A DNA stretch of 64,000 nucleotides from Acidobacterium sp. (GTDB taxonomy: Bacteria; Acidobacteriota; Vicinamibacteria; Vicinamibacterales; UBA2999): NCBI GenBank assembly GCA_002737365.1, contig NSIL01000005.1:54399-118398 (forward strand), in the 5' to 3' direction. Every line of letters begins with the position of its first letter. The stretch's first letter is position 1. The position numbers and the translations under genes were made by a program. Under the pieces are notes generated by a model, which saw only the letters and a program-made list of their open reading frames with translations, was not told the DNA's origin and made no database searches. Below are positions 36,120-45,092 of this stretch, one piece after another.

Positions 36120-38693
36120 ATGCGTGCGCGCTCACTCACCGTTCTCGCGTCACTGCTCGTATCGGTCGCGCTCGGCGCGCAGGCTCCGTCGATCCAGTCG
36201 CCTGAAGCCGCCTTTGGCTTCACGATGGGCGCCGACGGCGAACTGGCCGATTGGCCCGGTCTCCAGCGTTACTTCGAGGCGGTCGCCTCGGCGTCGAATC
36301 GGGTCGAGCTGGTCGATGCCGGTCCCTCAACCGACGGCCGGCGGCTGATCGCCGCGATCGTGTCGGCGCCCGAGAACATCGCGCGGCTCGAGGAGATTCG
36401 CGCCAACGCCCTGCGGCTCGCCGATCCGCGAACTCTCGAGGAGCCGGCGGCCCTGGCGCTGGCGGCGCGCCAGCCGGTGCTCGTCGCCATCGGCATGAGC
36501 ATTCACGCCACTGAGATCGGCGCGACCCAGGCCGCGCCCGAACTGCTGCATACGCTGGCGACGTCGCAGGATCCGGAAGTCCTGCGCGCGTTGCGCGACG
36601 TGGTGCTCATTCTCCTCCCCTCGCTCAATCCCGACGGCCATGTCCTCACGGTTGACTGGTATCGCAAGTGGAAGGGCACCGAGTTCGACGGCTCGAACAT
36701 GCCGTGGCTGTACCACCGCTACGTCGGCCACGACCTCAACCGCGACGCCTTCATGATGAACATGGCCGAGAACCGCTCGCTCGCAGCCTTCTTCTATCGC
36801 CGCTGGCATCCCCAGGTGTTTCTGGCCATGCACCAGATGGGGCCGCGCGGGGCGCGGTTCTTCGTGCCGCCCAACGCCGACCCGATCGATCCCAACTACG
36901 ACCCGTTGATCTGGCGCACCGCCGGCTTGCTGGGGCACGCTATGGCCCTGGCGCTTGAAGAAGATGGCCGCCAGGGCGTGGTGCAGAATGCGCTCTACGA
37001 CTACTACTGGCCCGGCTATGAAGACTCGGCGCCACTCGGCCACAACACGGTCACGATTCTCACCGAAGCCGCCAGCGCGCGCGTGGCCAGCCCGATCACG
37101 GTGGCGAAGGATCAGCTCACGGGCGGCCTGGGATTTTCCGATCACACACCAACCACGAGGTTCCCCAACCCGTGGCCGGGCGGCGAGTGGCACCTGCGCG
37201 ACATCGTGAACTACGAACTGTCGGCGGTACGCGGCATGCTGGGCGCGGCCGCGCGCTACCGCGAAGAGCTGGTGCGCAACTTCTATCGCATGGGCAAGCG
37301 GCAGGTGGAGCTGGGGCTCAAGGGCGGACCGTTCGCGTACCTCGTACCGCCCGGGCAGTTCGATCCGCATGCCGCGCGCAAGCTCGAACAACTCCTGATT
37401 GAAGGCGCGGTCGAAGTGCGGCGCGCGGTCGAGCCGTTCCGCGTCGCCGAAACGGTCTACCCGCAAGGCACCGACATCATCCTGATGGCGCAGCCGTTTC
37501 GCGCCTACGCCAAGACGCTGCTGGAGATTCAGCATTATCCGGTGCGTCGCGGTGCCCCCGGAACACCGGTCGACCGGCCCTACGATGTCGCCGGCTGGAC
37601 GCTGCCGCTGCAAATGAACGTCACGGTCGATCGCATCGATCAGTACTTCGAGCCGCCCCCGACGACGCGCCTGGACCAGGCCTCGATTGCCCCGGCCCGC
37701 GTCTGGGGTGAGGTGCGCAAGACAGCGTTCTATGTCGTTGACGGACGCGGCAACGGCGCCAGCATCGCCATCAACCGGCTGCTCAAGGCCGGCGCGCAAG
37801 TATCGTGGCTGACCAACGCGATGGCGATCGAGGGATACACCTATCAGCCGGGCGCGCTGGTGGTGACCGAGGCCAAGGGCGTGCGCGACGCGATCGAGGG
37901 CGTGGCCCGCGATCTCGGACTGCGAATCACCGCGTCGGCCGCGCGGCCGCCCGAGGACGCCCGGCCCATCGGCGGTGCCCGGGTCGCGCTCTACAAGCCG
38001 TGGGCCGAAAACATCGACGAAGGCTGGACCCGCTGGCTGCTCGAGCAGTATGAGTTTCCATTCGAGAACATCACCGACGCTGACATCCGTCGCGGCGGCC
38101 TGCGGGCGCGCTTCGATGCGATCGTGATTCCCGACCAGGGCGCCGATCGCCTGATCGCCGGACACCCGGCCGGGACCATGCCGCCAGAATATGTCGGCGG
38201 CCTCGGCACCGCAGGCGTCGCCATGCTCAGGCAGTTCGTGACCGGCGGTGGGACGCTCGTGACACTCGACTCATCCAGCGAACTGGCCATCAACATGCTG
38301 GGCGCGCCCGTGAAGGACGTCACGCGAGGCCTGCCCGCCAGCGAGTACTTCTGCCCCGGCTCGGTCGTCAAACTCGAGCTCGAGGCCGATCCGCTGACCT
38401 ACGGCCTGCCGCTCGAGACCGCCGGGTTCTGCGCGTTCAATGGGGCCTTCGAGGTGCAACCGGACACGGTGCCGAACGCCCCAACCGCGCGCGTGATCGG
38501 CCGCTATGCGAAGAGCGGCGTGCTGCTGAGCGGCTGGCTCGAGGGCGAACGCGTGGTGGCCGGCAAGGGGGCACTGGTCGAGGTCAAGGCCGGCCAGGGT
38601 CGCGCGATTCTGTTCGGCTTCCGAACCCAGCATCGCGCGCAGGCCCACGCCACGTTCCGTCTCTTCTTCAACGCCCTTCATACGTCTCGATAA
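36120..38693 (+). CDS. secreted M14-family metallocarboxypeptidase-like protein with large C-terminal extension
   Basis: 857 aa. Signal peptide (LTVLASLLVSVALGAQA), SIHATEIG and PSLNPDG zinc-carboxypeptidase blocks. Confidence 0.7.
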   Translation: MRARSLTVLASLLVSVALGAQAPSIQSPEAAFGFTMGADGELADWPGLQRYFEAVASASNRVELVDAGPSTDGRRLIAAIVSAPENIARLEEIRANALRLADPRTLEEPAALALAARQPVLVAIGMSIHATEIGATQAAPELLHTLATSQDPEVLRALRDVVLILLPSLNPDGHVLTVDWYRKWKGTEFDGSNMPWLYHRYVGHDLNRDAFMMNMAENRSLAAFFYRRWHPQVFLAMHQMGPRGARFFVPPNADPIDPNYDPLIWRTAGLLGHAMALALEEDGRQGVVQNALYDYYWPGYEDSAPLGHNTVTILTEAASARVASPITVAKDQLTGGLGFSDHTPTTRFPNPWPGGEWHLRDIVNYELSAVRGMLGAAARYREELVRNFYRMGKRQVELGLKGGPFAYLVPPGQFDPHAARKLEQLLIEGAVEVRRAVEPFRVAETVYPQGTDIILMAQPFRAYAKTLLEIQHYPVRRGAPGTPVDRPYDVAGWTLPLQMNVTVDRIDQYFEPPPTTRLDQASIAPARVWGEVRKTAFYVVDGRGNGASIAINRLLKAGAQVSWLTNAMAIEGYTYQPGALVVTEAKGVRDAIEGVARDLGLRITASAARPPEDARPIGGARVALYKPWAENIDEGWTRWLLEQYEFPFENITDADIRRGGLRARFDAIVIPDQGADRLIAGHPAGTMPPEYVGGLGTAGVAMLRQFVTGGGTLVTLDSSSELAINMLGAPVKDVTRGLPASEYFCPGSVVKLELEADPLTYGLPLETAGFCAFNGAFEVQPDTVPNAPTARVIGRYAKSGVLLSGWLEGERVVAGKGALVEVKAGQGRAILFGFRTQHRAQAHATFRLFFNALHTSR

Positions 38694-38808
38694 CGCAGAA
38701 ACTGCGGTGCGCTACGCGACCGCGTGTCGCAGAATCTGCGTCGTCGTCGAATCGTCCAGCGCGAGATCCCGTGCGAAAGGCCGAAATGTCACCGGGCCGG
38801 GGCAGGCG

Positions 38809-39744
38809 CTAGCTCTTCACGGGCCCGGACTCCCACGCCTTGAGCACGGCGTAGAGCGTCGCGGTGATCGGCACCGGCACACCCAGCTGCTGCGCGCGGC
38901 GCACGGCCGCACCTTGCAGCGCTTCCACTTCGATGCGCTTGCCCTGCTCGAGGTCGATCAGCAGCGACGAACGCGTCGAGAACGGAATGTGATCCATGTA
39001 TTCCTTGAGCGTCTCGAACCGATTGGCGGAAATCGTCACGCCTTCGGCTTGCGCGATCGCGGCAATCTCGCGCGACGTGGCGTAGAACATCTCCTGCACC
39101 TGCGGGAACTTCCAGATGTGGCCAATCGACAACCGCGCCGCGCCGGTGAAGCCCGAGAACGCCACGAGGTAGACGAACTTGTCCCAAATGGGCACGCGCG
39201 CGTCGGCCACCGGCGTGACCTGGATGTCGGCAGCGGCAAAGATGTCAGCAATCGCCTGCACGCGCGGCGTGATGCGGCCACAGTCGCCGAACACCTCGCC
39301 GAAGATGATCGAACGATGCACGCCGGTCTGGACGATCAGTCCGGGGCCTTCAAGGGCGGTCGCGACATACGTCGTGCCGCCCAGGACCTGTCGTTCGCCG
39401 ACGACGGCGGCCACTTCGTTGACACTGTCGACGCCGTTTTGCAGGGTCAGCACCACCGTATCCGGGCCAATCATCGGCGTCAGCATGGGCAGCGCCGTGG
39501 CGTTGTCATACGCCTTGACCGACACCATGGCCAGGTCAACCGGGCCGACCTTCGCGGTGTCGCTTTCGGCGGCCGCGCGGACGTGGAAATCGCCCAGCGT
39601 GGCGCTCTTAACCGTCAGCCCTTGGCTGCGAATGGCTTCGAGATGCGCACCGCGGGCAATGAACGTGACGTCCTGCCCCGTGCGCGCCAGCTTGGCGCCG
39701 AAATACCCCCCGACCGCACCGGACCCAAGAATCGCGACCTTCAT
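38809..39744 (-). CDS. panE: 2-dehydropantoate 2-reductase
   Basis: 311 aa. MKVAILGSGAVGGYFGAKLA and the ApbA/PanE C-terminal helical domain. GGAGG Shine-Dalgarno 7 nt upstream. Confidence 0.75.
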   Translation of the reverse strand: MKVAILGSGAVGGYFGAKLARTGQDVTFIARGAHLEAIRSQGLTVKSATLGDFHVRAAAESDTAKVGPVDLAMVSVKAYDNATALPMLTPMIGPDTVVLTLQNGVDSVNEVAAVVGERQVLGGTTYVATALEGPGLIVQTGVHRSIIFGEVFGDCGRITPRVQAIADIFAAADIQVTPVADARVPIWDKFVYLVAFSGFTGAARLSIGHIWKFPQVQEMFYATSREIAAIAQAEGVTISANRFETLKEYMDHIPFSTRSSLLIDLEQGKRIEVEALQGAAVRRAQQLGVPVPITATLYAVLKAWESGPVKS

Positions 39745-39763
39745 TGAACCTCCGCAGACGTTT

Positions 39764-39780
39764 TAGCACAGTGCTAGAAT
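39764..39780. promoter_or_regulatory. 13-bp palindrome TAGCACAGTGCTA overlapping a TAGAAT -10 box in the panE / amidohydrolase divergent region
   Basis: Palindrome at 39764-39776. TAGAAT at 39775-39780, plus 6 nt to ATG 39787. Operator-like geometry. Confidence 0.35.
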
Positions 39781-39786
39781 TTGCTG

Positions 39787-41526
39787 ATGGCGGCCCGCAT
39801 CACGGCCTATCTCGTGGCCTGCATCGTCGGCGTCACGCTGATCGCCGGACTGATCGTCGGCGCCCAGCGTGCGGACGATGATGCGGTTGACCTGATCGTG
39901 ATCAACGGCAAGGTCTACGCGGGCGGCGGCAGCGAGGCAATGGCCGAGGCGGTGGCCATTCGTGGCAACAAGGTGGTTCGCGTCGGTTCGAACCGCGACA
40001 TCCAGCGCCTGCGCCGCGCCCAGACCACGATCATTGACGCCAGGGGCGGCGCGGTCATGCCCGGGTTCAACGATGCCCACGCCCACTTCATCAGCGGCGG
40101 GCTGTCGCTCGATCAGATCAACCTGCTTGACGCGACGACCCTCGACCAGATCAAGGATACGGTGCGGATTTGGTCCGAGGCGCATCCCGAGCGGGTCTGG
40201 ATCACGGGCCGCGGCTGGTACTACCAGCCGTTTGCCGGATCGCTGCCGACCCGCCAGTTGCTCGACACGCTGGTGCCCGATCGGCCCGCCTACCTGGTGG
40301 CCTACGACGGCCACACCGGTTGGGCCAACAGCAAGGCGCTCAAACTGGCGGGCATTACGCGTCACACCAGGAGCCCGAAGAACGGCGTCATCGTCAAGGA
40401 TCGGCGGACGGGGGAACCGACCGGCGCGCTCAAGGAAGCCGCGATGGCGTTGATGACCGCGGCGCCACAACCCACGACCGAAGACAGGATCGCGGCCATT
40501 CGCGCGGGACTGGTCGAGGCGCATCGCGTCGGCATCACCAGCGTGCAGAACGCCGGTGGCACGGCAGAAGACCTCGAACTTTACGACGCACTGCGCAAGC
40601 GCGGCGAGTTGACGCTGCGGGTTTACCAGGCGCTTTCCGCCAGCGGCGTGATCGGCGAGGCCGAGTTGAACACGCTGGCAGCCGTGCGGGAACGCTTTGG
40701 CGATGACCCGCTGCTGAAGACAGGCGCCGTGAAGTTGATCGCGGATGGCGTGATCGAATCGCACACCGCGGCCATGCTCGCGCCGTACCACAACCAGCCC
40801 AACACCTCGGGCGACCCGCGCTACACCCAGGAACAGTTGAACAAGACCGTGACGCTGCTCGATCGCGAGGGGTGGCAGGTCATGACCCACGCCATCGGCG
40901 ATGCCGCCGTGCGCATGACGCTTGACGCCTATGAAGCGGCGGTCAACGCGAACCCGGCGCCGGAACGCGGGCGGCGTCATCGCGTCGAACACCTCGAGAC
41001 CATCGACCCGGCCGACATCCCACGTTTCGGCAAGCTCGGCGTGATCGCCTCGATGGCACCCGTGCACGCTACCCCCAGCCCAACGCCGGGCGACGTGTGG
41101 AGCACGAACATCGGCGCCGAGCGCGCCGCCCACGGCTGGCTGTGGGCCAGCATTGTCAAGGCGAGCGGCCGCCTGGCCTTCGGCAGCGACTGGCCGGTGA
41201 TGACGCTCGATCCCCTGATGGGTCTGCAGGTGGCCGTGAATCGCACCACGGTGGAGGGCCTGCCCGAGGGCGGCTGGCTGCCCGCCGAGCGGTTGTCCCT
41301 GCGCAAGGCGATTGATGCCTACACCAGCGATGCCTCATGGGCGTCATACGACGAACAACGCAAGGGTGTACTGGCGCGTGACATGCTGGCCGACCTCGTC
41401 GTGATGTCGGACGACATCTTCGAAGGTCCCACGACCCGCATCACCGAGGCTTACGTCGTGGTCACCATCGTCGACGGCAAGGTGGTCTACCGCCGCGACC
41501 CGCCCGACACCACCTCGATTCAGTAA
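39787..41526 (+). CDS. amidohydrolase family protein (YtcJ/Amidohydro_3-like), membrane-anchored or secreted
   Basis: PGFNDAHAHF metal motif, VEHLE, FGSDWPV. Hydrophobic N-terminus. Start set at ATG 39787 (TAGAAT plus 6 nt upstream). Confidence 0.75.
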   Translation: MAARITAYLVACIVGVTLIAGLIVGAQRADDDAVDLIVINGKVYAGGGSEAMAEAVAIRGNKVVRVGSNRDIQRLRRAQTTIIDARGGAVMPGFNDAHAHFISGGLSLDQINLLDATTLDQIKDTVRIWSEAHPERVWITGRGWYYQPFAGSLPTRQLLDTLVPDRPAYLVAYDGHTGWANSKALKLAGITRHTRSPKNGVIVKDRRTGEPTGALKEAAMALMTAAPQPTTEDRIAAIRAGLVEAHRVGITSVQNAGGTAEDLELYDALRKRGELTLRVYQALSASGVIGEAELNTLAAVRERFGDDPLLKTGAVKLIADGVIESHTAAMLAPYHNQPNTSGDPRYTQEQLNKTVTLLDREGWQVMTHAIGDAAVRMTLDAYEAAVNANPAPERGRRHRVEHLETIDPADIPRFGKLGVIASMAPVHATPSPTPGDVWSTNIGAERAAHGWLWASIVKASGRLAFGSDWPVMTLDPLMGLQVAVNRTTVEGLPEGGWLPAERLSLRKAIDAYTSDASWASYDEQRKGVLARDMLADLVVMSDDIFEGPTTRITEAYVVVTIVDGKVVYRRDPPDTTSIQ

Positions 41527-41543
41527 GGGCCTGCCCTCCGCCC

Positions 41544-42506
41544 ATGCGTATTAAAGCCCTCGTCGCCCTGATGGGCCTGGCGTTACTCGCTGCGGTCGTC
41601 CCCGGCCGGGTCGTGGCCCAGTCGGACCTTGACGCGTTCATGGAGCGCGTGCTGGCCCGCCGCGACGACAACTGGAAAAAACTTCAGCAATACGTCCTGG
41701 AAGAGAAGGAGGCCTTTGACCTGACCGGTCCCGGCGGCCTGCCGCTCTGGGGCATCCGGCGCGAATACTCGTGGTTCATCCGCCAGGGCATCTTCGTGCG
41801 CAGCCCGGTCAAAGCCAACGGCGTGGCGCTGTCCGAGGCCGACCGCCGAAAGGCGGAAGACGAGTGGCGGCGGCGTGAGGCGAATCGCGAAGAGCGGCGC
41901 CAGCGGCGCGCCGAGCGCCGCGTTGTGGTGATTGACCCCACCGAAGTAAAAGTTACGGACGGCCAGACGACGCCAGCGGACCTGCCGTCGAACGTCGATG
42001 ACCTGTTGAAGCAGGGCAGCGATCCGCAGTTTGTGTCGTCCTCGTACTTCCTGAAGTTCCGGTTCGAGAAAGGCCACTACGCGCTGGCCGGCCGCGAGAA
42101 GGTGGACGACCGCGACGCACTCAAGATTGAGTACTACCCGGGGACGGGGTTGTTCAACGAGGGCAAGTCGCGCCCCAACCGCAAGGTCCGCGACAAGGAA
42201 GACGAGATCGAACAGAAGATGAACAAGGTGTCGCTGGTCACCTTGTGGGTTGACCCGAAGACTGATCAGATCCTGCAGTACACCTTCGACGACATCGACA
42301 TGGACTTCTTCCCCGGGCGCACGCTGCTGCGGGTCAGCGACCTGAAGGCGACCATGCGCATGAGCCAGGCGTTTCCGGAAGTATGGCTGCCGCGCAGCAT
42401 TGAGATGCACTTCGGCATGATGATGGCGGTCGGCGCGATCGATGCCACCTACACGGTCGACTACCTCAACTACAAGCAAGCCGACGTCACGTACAAAATC
42501 AAATGA
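41544..42506 (+). CDS. secreted hypothetical protein with highly charged Arg/Glu segment and beta-rich C-terminal half
   Basis: 320 aa. Signal peptide MRIKALVALMGLALLAAVVPGRVVAQ, RRKAEDEWRRREANREERRQRRAERR tract. ATGA coupling to the downstream Omp85 gene. No family recognised with confidence. Confidence 0.5.
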   Translation: MRIKALVALMGLALLAAVVPGRVVAQSDLDAFMERVLARRDDNWKKLQQYVLEEKEAFDLTGPGGLPLWGIRREYSWFIRQGIFVRSPVKANGVALSEADRRKAEDEWRRREANREERRQRRAERRVVVIDPTEVKVTDGQTTPADLPSNVDDLLKQGSDPQFVSSSYFLKFRFEKGHYALAGREKVDDRDALKIEYYPGTGLFNEGKSRPNRKVRDKEDEIEQKMNKVSLVTLWVDPKTDQILQYTFDDIDMDFFPGRTLLRVSDLKATMRMSQAFPEVWLPRSIEMHFGMMMAVGAIDATYTVDYLNYKQADVTYKIK

Positions 42507-42539
42507 GGCTTGAGGCTTGGGGCTGGCGGCTGGCCGCCG
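42502..42539 (+). repeat. second copy of the GGCTTGA heptamer element, spanning a stop codon and the Omp85 start
   Basis: AATGAGGCTTGAGGCTTGGGGCTGGCGGCTGGCCGCCG. Shares an 18-mer with 36000-36017 and a 16-mer (AATGAGGCTTGAGGCT) with 25753-25768. Confidence 0.7.
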
Positions 42540-43762
42540 TGCTCTTCCTCGGGACCACGGTGGCGTTTGCGCAGAGCTCGCCGGGCGTCGTTGGCGAAGT
42601 GCGCGTACATGGCAACCACACCACGCCCGACGCCGAGGTCCTGGCGACCGTGGGTGAGGTCGTCGGCCAGCCGGCCACCGACGCCCTGGTCGCCGAGGTC
42701 ACGACCCGGCTTGAGAAGAGTGGCCGCTTCGAAAGCGTTGAGGTCCGCAAGCGGTTCCGCTCGATCAAGAATCCCGACGACATCCTGCTGATGGTGGTGG
42801 TCGACGAAGCGCCGGGCGTCTCGCTTGACAATCTCACGCCGGGACCGATCAAGAAGTTGCGCAGCAGCGGGATGTTCCTGCCGATCCTGGACAGCGACGA
42901 TGGCTACGGGCTGACCTACGGCATGCGCATGAGTTTCGTGGACCAGCTGGGGCCGCGCAGCCGCATCACCTTTCCCTTCAGCTGGGGCGGCGAACGGCAG
43001 GCGCGCGCGCAGCTCGAACGCGCCTTTACCCGAGGGCCGGTCGATCGCATTTCGGGCGAAGGTGGCATTCGCCGAAGCGAGAACCCGCATCACGAAATCG
43101 GCGACACGCGCACGTTTGTCCAGGGACACGTGGATTCGGCGATTCAACGGTGGCTTCGCATCGGCGCCGGCGCCGGCATTGAAGCCGTGGAGTTCGGCGA
43201 GGTCCGCGACCGATTGTCGCGTGCCGACGCCGAGGTCACTCTCGATACGCGCGTCGATCCCGCATTCCCTCGCAATGCGGTGCAGGTGACGGGCCGCATC
43301 GAGCGGTTGTCGTTCGACGCCGGCCGGGCCAATCGGCGCACCGCCGATGCCCGCGCCTACCTGGGCCTGTTCGGCCAGAGTGTGCTCGCGGTGCGCGGCC
43401 TGTCGCTGACCTCGACGGCGCCCCTGCCGGAATACGAGAAGGCGTTGCTCGGCGGCGCGGCCACCGTGCGCGGCTACGACGTCGGCTACCGCGCCGATGA
43501 CAACCTCGCGGCGTTGTCGGCGGAACTTCGGCTGCCGGTCACCTCGCCGCTGTCGGTCAGCCGCTTCGGCGTGAAGGTGTTCGCGGACGCCGGCACCTCA
43601 TATCCGTTCGGCAGCAGGCTCGCGGACCAGCACCTCGACCTCGGCTACGGTGGCGGCGTCTACCTGCAGCTCACCATCATCAGCCTGTCGCTCGACCTCG
43701 CCCGCGGTCACGACACCGGTCACTACGACTGGCACTTCGGCATGGGAGTAAGCTTCAAATAG
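42503..43762 (+). CDS. Omp85-family outer-membrane protein with a single POTRA domain
   Basis: 419 aa. Signal peptide ending AFAQ, and one POTRA-like unit (VGEVRVHGNHTTPDAEVLATVGEVVGQPA...FESVEVRKRF). Barrel motif LGGAATVRGYD and aromatic C-terminal strand FGMGVSFK. Confidence 0.65.
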   Translation: MRLEAWGWRLAAVLFLGTTVAFAQSSPGVVGEVRVHGNHTTPDAEVLATVGEVVGQPATDALVAEVTTRLEKSGRFESVEVRKRFRSIKNPDDILLMVVVDEAPGVSLDNLTPGPIKKLRSSGMFLPILDSDDGYGLTYGMRMSFVDQLGPRSRITFPFSWGGERQARAQLERAFTRGPVDRISGEGGIRRSENPHHEIGDTRTFVQGHVDSAIQRWLRIGAGAGIEAVEFGEVRDRLSRADAEVTLDTRVDPAFPRNAVQVTGRIERLSFDAGRANRRTADARAYLGLFGQSVLAVRGLSLTSTAPLPEYEKALLGGAATVRGYDVGYRADDNLAALSAELRLPVTSPLSVSRFGVKVFADAGTSYPFGSRLADQHLDLGYGGGVYLQLTIISLSLDLARGHDTGHYDWHFGMGVSFK

Positions 43763-43803
43763 ATGATTTGGTGATCTGGTGACTTGGCGGTTGGGTGATT
43801 TGG

Positions 43804-43809
43804 TAGACT
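43804..43809 (+). promoter_or_regulatory. -10 box TAGACT 7 nt upstream of the DUF3500 ATG
   Basis: GGTAGACTCCGCGCCATG. Same hexamer and spacing as queF. Confidence 0.45.
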
Positions 43810-43816
43810 CCGCGCC

Positions 43817-44911
43817 ATGAGCCGACTGAATACTCTCAGACTGACCGTTGCCGCCGTTCTCGTTTCGACCTTCATGGGAAGTGCCCTGTTCGCCTCCCAG
43901 CGCTCGGCCGACACCATGGCGAAAGCCGCCGGGCAATTCCTGGACAGCCTCGCACCCGAGCAACGCGCCAAGGCCGCGTTTGCGTTCACCAGCGACGATC
44001 GCCTGCGCTGGCACTTCATCCCCAATGAGATGTTCCCGCGCAAGGGGCTGATGATCAGGGACATGAGTGAGGCGCAGCGGCGAATGGCGCACGACCTGCT
44101 GCGCACCGGCCTGAGCGCAGGCGGCTACACCAAGGTGACGTCGATCATCCAGCTCGAGGACGTGCTGAAGGTCATCGAAGTGGGCGGCAAGTTCGCCCGC
44201 AACAAGGACGAGTATCTCTTCTCGGTGTTCGGCACACCCGGCCCGAAGGGCGCGTGGGGCTGGCGGGTCGAGGGCCATCACATCTCGATTCGCTTCACCA
44301 TCAACGACGGCTCGGTCGGCGGCCAGGTTGGCTCAAGAGCCAACCTGATTGGCTCAAGAGCCAACCTGGTTGCGAGTTCGCCGATGTTTCTCGGCAGCAA
44401 TCCGGCCGAGGTGCGTGACGGCGCACAGAAAGGCACCCGCGTCCTCGGCGCGGAGGAGGACGCCGGGCGCGCCCTCGTCCAGGCGCTCTCGCCCGACCAG
44501 TTGCAGACGGCAGTCATCAATCCAGCCGCTCCCACTGACATCCTGACCATGAACAAAAACGACATCACGCCGCTGCCGGAGGAAGGGATTCTTCACTCCA
44601 CTCTGCAGCCGCCACAGCAACTGCTGCTGAAGCGCGTGATCGAGGTCTACGCATCAACGATGGAGGCCGATGTCGCGGCCGAACGCCTGGCCGTCGCCAC
44701 CAGGGCAGGCATGGACAAGGTCCGCTTTGCGTGGGCCGGGTCCACCGAGAAGGGCCAGAAACATTACTACCGGATCCAGGGGCCGACGTTCCTGATCGAG
44801 TTCGACAATACCCAGAACGACGGGAACCACGTGCACTCGGTATGGCGGGATTTCAACGGCGACTTCGGGCGGGACCTGCTGCGCGAACACTTGGCGGCGG
44901 TCGCGCACTAG
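43817..44911 (+). CDS. DUF3500 family secreted protein
   Basis: 364 aa. RLRWHFIP, GHHISIRFT, YYRIQGPTFLIEFDNTQNDGNHVHSVWRD. TAGACT plus 7 nt upstream of the ATG. Contains an in-frame tandem palindromic insert. Confidence 0.65.
   Translation: MSRLNTLRLTVAAVLVSTFMGSALFASQRSADTMAKAAGQFLDSLAPEQRAKAAFAFTSDDRLRWHFIPNEMFPRKGLMIRDMSEAQRRMAHDLLRTGLSAGGYTKVTSIIQLEDVLKVIEVGGKFARNKDEYLFSVFGTPGPKGAWGWRVEGHHISIRFTINDGSVGGQVGSRANLIGSRANLVASSPMFLGSNPAEVRDGAQKGTRVLGAEEDAGRALVQALSPDQLQTAVINPAAPTDILTMNKNDITPLPEEGILHSTLQPPQQLLLKRVIEVYASTMEADVAAERLAVATRAGMDKVRFAWAGSTEKGQKHYYRIQGPTFLIEFDNTQNDGNHVHSVWRDFNGDFGRDLLREHLAAVAH
44328..44369 (+). repeat. 21-bp tandem duplication of a palindromic unit inside the DUF3500 CDS
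   Basis: TTGGCTCAAGAGCCAACCTGA / TTGGCTCAAGAGCCAACCTGG (20/21 identical). The first unit forms GGTTGGCTC-AA-GAGCCAACC (44326-44345). Encodes GSRANLI-GSRANLV in frame. Confidence 0.8.
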
Positions 44912-45092
44912 TTTCTCGCCGGTACAAGACGTGAGCGGACAGAAACACCGTTTGTCTACAAACGAGCCATCGGATCATCTGGATACCAATGAACCATAGC
45001 CGTAAGTTGTTTAGAATAATTGTTTTACGTGCGTGTGTAACTGTTCTGTGACTTGAGTTCTGGAGCAGGAAAAAGCGGGAAAGAGCGTGCAG

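Noticed and set aside
36327-38165. 612-aa minus-strand ORF
   Set aside because: It lies entirely antisense to the M14 peptidase gene. It is low-complexity, Arg/His/Gly-rich, with no domain signatures.
38707-39747. 346-aa plus-strand ORF, and the similar long ORFs 16033-16986 (-), 19596-20495 (+), 33906-34868 (-), 51969-53063 (+)
   Set aside because: Each lies antisense to a gene with strong family motifs (panE, Gfo/Idh/MocA, amidase, NtrC-type activator, sucB) and shows shadow-ORF composition.
39763-41133. 456-aa minus-strand ORF
   Set aside because: It is antisense to the amidohydrolase gene, which carries clear metal-binding motifs. It has shadow-ORF composition.
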